A DNA stretch of 64,000 bases, from positions 896,001 to 960,000 of the forward strand of contig OY970160.1 of assembly GCA_963706445.1 (NCBI GenBank), given 5' to 3'. Of the stretch, positions 59,430-64,000 are shown piece after piece. The position numbers and the translations under genes are program-made. The notes below the pieces were generated by a model. It did not search any database and was not told the origin of the DNA. It worked only from the letters and a program-made list of their open reading frames with translations. Source of the stretch: an uncultured Nitrososphaerales archaeon. Lineage in GTDB: Archaea; Thermoproteota; Nitrososphaeria; Nitrososphaerales; Gagatemarchaeaceae. The stretch's first letter is position 1. Each line of letters starts with the position of its first letter.

Positions 59430-60065
59430 CTAGGTGGAATCTGGGCAATACTTGCACGGGGAAGGGACAAGCTCGACGCTCTGCTCTACATCATTATCCA
59501 CATTCACTGTCGTTCGAAACATCTTGTGGTCCCGCTTCCACACCACCAGCTCTTGGCTGCCCTTCGGCACAGATACGACCGACCTGCCTGAGCCATCGGT
59601 GAACTGGGTCTTGCCTCCGATCCTGACGTAGGCGTTCGGGAGCAAGGCCTTGGTCGCACCCTCGGCGACTGCCACTGAGAACCGGCAAGAGGTCTTGATT
59701 ATGACCTGAGTTCCGAACTTGTACCTGGCTTCTAGGTGAGCGTGCTGGCCAGCAAGCTCGGGAAAGTGTGCTGTCCATTCGTGATATCCGAGGCTTTCGA
59801 GGATTCTAAGCTCGAGTTGAGCCCAGTATAGCGCCTTCGTGCCTTCGGCCGGAATCTCGCCGACTACTCCACTAGAGACTTGCCTCCCATCAGAGTCCAG
59901 GACCTCGATAAGAGCACCCGCGAGATTGCAATCCTCTTTGCACTTGACCCCGACCTTGACATGGACACCGGCGCCTTCCTCGATGGGGGTGGGCACATCC
60001 CAGACAGCTAAGCTGGTCTGGTGGAACTTGGCAACCGCGGTAGCTGTCGGCTCATGGTCCATCAT
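59430..60065 (-). CDS. Hypothetical beta-rich protein with C-terminal carboxypeptidase-regulatory-like domain and terminal CxxC
   Basis: NAYVRIG...TDGSG...VPKG pattern; KCKEDC; ends CKYCPDST; no signal peptide seen. Confidence 0.7.
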   Translation of the reverse strand: MMDHEPTATAVAKFHQTSLAVWDVPTPIEEGAGVHVKVGVKCKEDCNLAGALIEVLDSDGRQVSSGVVGEIPAEGTKALYWAQLELRILESLGYHEWTAHFPELAGQHAHLEARYKFGTQVIIKTSCRFSVAVAEGATKALLPNAYVRIGGKTQFTDGSGRSVVSVPKGSQELVVWKRDHKMFRTTVNVDNDVEQSVELVPSPCKYCPDST

Positions 60066-60198
60066 TTTCGCCTGTCCTCCCCTTGAAAGCAAGATGCCTC
60101 AACTGTACTGCCTACCTCGGAGATTCTTTAATCGCATCTTCGATTCTCTGTTTTGAGAACGAGTTTGTCGAAGGCCCTTACTGTGCTTCTGCCGATTG

Positions 60199-60212
60199 AA
60201 AAAAGGGAAAAG
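60199..60212 (-). terminator. Oligo-U terminator
   Basis: Minus strand CTTTTCCCTTTTTT about 25 nt after the stop of flavoprotein 2. Confidence 0.5.
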
Positions 60213-60234
60213 AGCGGATAGATTCAGTATCCGC

Positions 60235-61848
60235 TCACGAGCTTGCTGCTGCTTTGCCGGCTATCCAACCGAAGACGGTTCCTTGACCTACCGTAGCGCC
60301 GCCGCCGGGGTAGGCGGCACCGGATGGCGCCGCAATGTCGTTCCCTGCCCCGTATAGCCCTGGGATGGGATTGCCGCTCTGGTCGAGAACCTGGCCCGAG
60401 GTGTTTATCCTCGGCCCGCCAGATGTTCCGCAGGTTCCCGGAGAAATAGCCGCTGCGTAGAATGGTGGACTGGTCAAAGGTGCGAGGCAGTCGTTCTTCA
60501 AGTCTTTGCGTGTAGGATCTCCGGCTGTGACCGTGTCGAAGCTGAAAACCCCGCGGTTGAAGTCCGGGTCGACTCCGTTGATGGCATTGGCGTTGAACGC
60601 GGTTATGGTTGCCTGCAGCGCGACTGGGTCTATGTTAAGAGCAGACGCGAGGTCTTGAATCGAGTTCGCCTTGGTGACGTACGACGGTAATGCCGTAGCA
60701 GCCGCGGCTCCCGCCAAGCCGTACTTGTTGAAGGCCGTCGAATCCATGATGGTGTATGCCGGAATGTTCGGGTATCCGTAAATCTTTGTGTCCCACGACA
60801 AGAATGCCCTATTGGAGACTGGGTAGGACGAAGACTCGTTGACGAATCTCTTGCCGGCGGAGTTCACTATGATTGCGCCTGGCTTCGTCCTCCATATGGC
60901 CCAGTCGAGGACCGGACCGTTAGGAGTCACGTACAGGGGGACACCCCAATTGTTGTTCATGTTTCCGAGGCTGGCTCCGACTGCCATTGCCATCTTGATC
61001 CCGTCGCCGGTGTTGGTTTTTGCTGCGCCTGACCCGCCCAACGGGCCTCTCGGGTAGTTCAAGAACATGTCTGGGTCAAAGTCATATCCACCGGCGGCTA
61101 GGATGACTCCTTTGTTTGCGCCTATGTTGACGTTGGTCCCGTTGGATGTCGCCAGAAGTCCCACAATTTTCTTCGTCGAATCTTGGTACAGACTAACCGC
61201 CGCCGTGCTGAGCATCGTCGTGCCTCCCAGCTTGTCGACGTAGGCTTTCATTGCCTTAATGAGGCCTGGACCCGCCTCCTTGTACTCGACGAGGTGCCCG
61301 AAGCTCCTAGTAGCCCCGAGGTTGTAGTAGTCGTTGTACTGTGGGGAAAGATATGGCGTGAGGGCTCCGTTTGTCACATTGACGAGATGGTCAATCCATG
61401 TCGGCCCCACGGTCAAGTATGTGTTGAGGAGGTCAGTGTCCTCCTGGCCGCCGCCCACCGCATGCAGATAAGTCATGAGCGTGTCTGTCGAGTCGGTCAG
61501 TCCCTGTGCGACTGCCAGGCTGCTGTTTGGAACCCACATTCCGCCTCCGGATACCCCCGTGGTGCCTCCGACGCTCGCCGCCTTCTCGAGCACTATCACG
61601 GATGCCCCCGATTCGAGGGCTCCCATGGCCGCAGCTAGGCCGGATCCTCCGGACCCAACGACGACTACGTCCGCCTGATGGTCCCATGATGAAGGTATGT
61701 TGATGATGTCTGACTGCGAAGTCTTGGGGGACAGCAGATATCCTCCCGCAACGCCAGCCGCAGCCCCAACGGCAAGGCCTCCGACTGTCCCAATGAGGAA
61801 TTGTCTTCGAGAGATGCCTTTCTTAGTTTCTTTCTTTTCTTCAGCCAT
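60235..61848 (-). CDS. Tat-exported FAD-binding_2 flavoprotein, 3-ketosteroid-delta1-dehydrogenase-like
   Basis: ISRRQFL; VVGSGGSG, GGTTGVSGGGMWVP, NDYY, RFVNESSSY, GLYGAGN, YPGGGATVG; ATG at 61848. Confidence 0.88.
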   Translation of the reverse strand: MAEEKKETKKGISRRQFLIGTVGGLAVGAAAGVAGGYLLSPKTSQSDIINIPSSWDHQADVVVVGSGGSGLAAAMGALESGASVIVLEKAASVGGTTGVSGGGMWVPNSSLAVAQGLTDSTDTLMTYLHAVGGGQEDTDLLNTYLTVGPTWIDHLVNVTNGALTPYLSPQYNDYYNLGATRSFGHLVEYKEAGPGLIKAMKAYVDKLGGTTMLSTAAVSLYQDSTKKIVGLLATSNGTNVNIGANKGVILAAGGYDFDPDMFLNYPRGPLGGSGAAKTNTGDGIKMAMAVGASLGNMNNNWGVPLYVTPNGPVLDWAIWRTKPGAIIVNSAGKRFVNESSSYPVSNRAFLSWDTKIYGYPNIPAYTIMDSTAFNKYGLAGAAAATALPSYVTKANSIQDLASALNIDPVALQATITAFNANAINGVDPDFNRGVFSFDTVTAGDPTRKDLKNDCLAPLTSPPFYAAAISPGTCGTSGGPRINTSGQVLDQSGNPIPGLYGAGNDIAAPSGAAYPGGGATVGQGTVFGWIAGKAAASS

Positions 61849-61916
61849 TTGCTTCTTCGTTATGAGATGTTGCCTACAGGCGTTAAAACGGCATCCATGG
61901 AAGTGCATGCATTTGC
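61849..61916 (-). promoter_or_regulatory. Conserved promoter/operator of flavoprotein gene 2
   Basis: Same motif and identical spacing to ATG as 57582..57649. Confidence 0.6.
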
Positions 61917-61981
61917 GAACATCCCTCCGCAAGCTGTCATCGCGTTGCGGAGCCGGTTTGACACGATTCCCCTAAGTTTGA

Positions 61982-62371
61982 ATGGTATCGCCGGCTAGAC
62001 CTTATATACACACCCAGACGTTTCTCAGATTCGAGAATAACTCGAAGGGCTCACTCTCTTCCATAAGCTTCCTCGTCTGTTCGGCGCTGTGGATTTCCGA
62101 TGGGCTGACTTCGATAATCGGTCTTTCCGAGGGCTTGCAGGAAACAGAAGCGTTCGCAGGATTCCTGCTTGCCAACTTCGGGGAGCCGGGGTTCCTCGTC
62201 TTCAAGTTCTCGATTGCCCTGCTGATTACAGCGACGGCGATCCTATATGGCGAGAGGCTTGAGAAGCACAGCGAGTTCTCTCGCCTGTTCTACTTCTGCG
62301 TATCGGTGTCCCTGCTTTTTGCCGCCGCGCTTCCTGTTATCAACAACATGATACTGCTAGGTTGGTTGTAG
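61982..62371 (+). CDS. Small membrane protein (DUF5658-like)
   Basis: DGLTS..GL..G..E, VFK, VINN pattern; 3 TM helices; start uncertain. Confidence 0.5.
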   Translation: MVSPARPYIHTQTFLRFENNSKGSLSSISFLVCSALWISDGLTSIIGLSEGLQETEAFAGFLLANFGEPGFLVFKFSIALLITATAILYGERLEKHSEFSRLFYFCVSVSLLFAAALPVINNMILLGWL

Positions 62372-62459
62372 TCCTCAAAACGGCCTGACTCTCATTGCCG
62401 ATAATGAGAATTGTCCCAAGTCTTAAATAAAGTGCGGTGAGCGCTGGCTTCGAGGAAAA

Positions 62460-62816
62460 ATGGCATTCGGAGACCCACTCCAGTGGATAATCATCGGCGT
62501 AATCGTCGTCGTGATATTCCTATGGGGTCCGCAGAAGATTCCTGAACTAGCGAGGGGCCTCGGAAGGGCCAAGGGTGAATTCGAGAAAGCGTCGAAGGAA
62601 TTCGACGCGGCGTCGAAGCAGGTCACCGCCGGCGTCCTTACCGCGGGCACCACTGCTGCCACAGGGACTGCTCCCCAGGCGGCACCGGCGTTCGTGGAAA
62701 AGTCGGGTGACCAGATTCTCGTGGAGACTGCAAAGGCCCTTGGTGTGACTACCGAAGGCAAGTCCAGGGAGCAGATCTCACAGGAAATCATCGCGAGAAC
62801 GAAGTCTCAACCGTAG
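62460..62816 (+). CDS. tatA: Twin-arginine translocase TatA/TatE
   Basis: TM helix then WGPQKIPELARGLG.A..EF.KA. Confidence 0.93.
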   Translation: MAFGDPLQWIIIGVIVVVIFLWGPQKIPELARGLGRAKGEFEKASKEFDAASKQVTAGVLTAGTTAATGTAPQAAPAFVEKSGDQILVETAKALGVTTEGKSREQISQEIIARTKSQP

Positions 62817-62843
62817 CCTCGGCAAGGGGCCTGACGAAGACGG

Positions 62844-63752
62844 TTGTCTGAGCTACTCGCCTCCATATATGTTCACCTGAACGAGCTGAGGTCCCGGCTC
62901 AAGGTCGTCTTCCTCAGCTTCCTTATCATACTGATAATCCTCGTCTTCTTCCCCTCAAACCCTGTCTACTCCTTCCAGCACCTCGATCAGTACTTTACTC
63001 TCGCGTTCCTGGAGCATACGGTAATTTCGACTTTCCTCCAGAACATTGTTGCCTACATTCTGCCCTCGAACTGGACCCTCATCGGAGCCACAGGCATCGG
63101 GGAGGGAATGGAGATCTACTTCGTAGCCGCTCTGCTTCTCGCCGTTGTCCTTGACATGCCTGTAATTGCCTACGAGACATACAAGTTTGTCGACCCGGCC
63201 CTGAAAGAAAACGAAAGGGGAATGATTTACCCCTTCATTGCCGCGACGTCGATTCTGTTCGCGGTCGGAATCCTATTCGGATTCTTCATCCTTGCCAAAT
63301 TCCTCGTAATCGCCCTGTCTCCGTTCTACGTAGCCACTGGTATCTCGTTCCAAGTCGATGCAGCCGCATTCTACTATGTAGTACTTCTAATCATTGGTGC
63401 CACGGGGGTGTCATTCACGGCGCCAGTTTTCATCTACTCGTTGATTCGGCTGAGAGTGATCAACGCAGACTTCTTCTCGAAGAACAGGGTCATGGTTTGG
63501 TTCGTCCTTTGGATTATCACCGGGCTGTTTCTGACTCCTGACGGCGGGCCACTGCTTGACATGGTGCTTTTCGTCCCCATAGTCACCATGGTGGAAATCG
63601 CAGTGTGGCTTGGCAGGAGAAGCGTCAGAGGAAAGGGACCGCCATCCCCTCCTCCTGAGAAACCGAAATGGGACGTGAAGTGCCCATCATGCGGAAGGCA
63701 ACAGAAGAGGCCGACTCTGTTCTGCGAGTACTGCGGCAAAGGGATAGCTTGA
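62844..63752 (+). CDS. tatC: Twin-arginine translocase TatC with C-terminal zinc ribbon
   Basis: HLNELRSRL, YE.YKFV.PAL...E, FLTPDG; tail CPSC...CEYC. Confidence 0.92.
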   Translation: MSELLASIYVHLNELRSRLKVVFLSFLIILIILVFFPSNPVYSFQHLDQYFTLAFLEHTVISTFLQNIVAYILPSNWTLIGATGIGEGMEIYFVAALLLAVVLDMPVIAYETYKFVDPALKENERGMIYPFIAATSILFAVGILFGFFILAKFLVIALSPFYVATGISFQVDAAAFYYVVLLIIGATGVSFTAPVFIYSLIRLRVINADFFSKNRVMVWFVLWIITGLFLTPDGGPLLDMVLFVPIVTMVEIAVWLGRRSVRGKGPPSPPPEKPKWDVKCPSCGRQQKRPTLFCEYCGKGIA

Positions 63753-63758
63753 CGGAGT

Positions 63759-63932
63759 CTAGCCCTTGGACATCTTGTCTTTGGCTTTCCTGATCGTCAC
63801 TTCGCCCTCCGACACGTAGAGGATTATTTCGTCCCCCTCCTTCCACTCGAAACCTTCGACTATGGGCCGCGGGAGAGTTATCCTGAGGCTGTTTCCCGTC
63901 TTCCCGAGGATCACGCGGAAGACTACTGGCAC
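63759..63932 (-). CDS. AbrB/MazE/SpoVT family DNA-binding protein (57 aa, absent from ORF track)
   Basis: Manual translation MPVVFRVILGKTGNSLRITLPRPIVEGFEWKEGDEIILYVSEGEVTIRKAKDKMSKG; GNS..ITLP...EGD signature. Confidence 0.88.
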   Translation of the reverse strand: MPVVFRVILGKTGNSLRITLPRPIVEGFEWKEGDEIILYVSEGEVTIRKAKDKMSKG

Positions 63933-64000
63933 TGGGCCGGCCAGTTATTACGCAGATTTAAGCCTAGGTTTGTCAACTTTCGAGACAGCCCAAGTCAACT

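Noticed and set aside
1-64000. Genome-wide TAG recoding (pyrrolysine-type), suggested by several in-frame TAG junctions (aguB/aguA, small ORF/thrS, endA/MBL/trmI)
   Set aside because: TAG ends many conserved genes at their normal C-termini (polB, thrS, proS, rps26e, rpoK, albA). Many other TAG junctions are out of frame or followed by a second stop, so the in-frame cases are compatible with chance. No pyl genes are seen.

Overview
This is a gene-dense, GC-rich (roughly 60%) archaeal chromosome segment. Markers rpS25e, rpS26e, Rpo12, Rpo6, Alba, PolB1, archaeal ThrS/ProS, ATP-dependent ligase and EndA point to a TACK archaeon, most plausibly a heterotrophic, non-ammonia-oxidising Nitrososphaerota; that assignment is inference. 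Most of the window is housekeeping, nucleoside salvage, polyamine and sugar-nucleotide genes. Two loci stand out. (1) 54.7-63.8 kb is a candidate extracytoplasmic flavin-based redox or respiratory module. It holds two Tat-exported FAD-binding_2 flavoproteins (one with an intact 3-ketosteroid-delta1-dehydrogenase-like Tyr triad) that share near-identical leaders and an ungapped, conserved 71-nt upstream region. It also holds a membrane-anchored DOMON-like putative haem protein, an FdnI-type cytochrome b, an unknown CxxC protein, cyoE and tatA/tatC. (2) 12.3-19.4 kb is a complete GDP-heptose-type gene set (hddA, hddC, gmhA, gmhB) with its own divergent transaldolase and two epimerases, the same enzyme set used for GDP-octose in lincosamide biosynthesis. 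I recognised no rRNA, tRNA, CRISPR array or IS element. Several start codons were moved from the ORF track by eye. All family calls come from motif recognition only; no database search was run.
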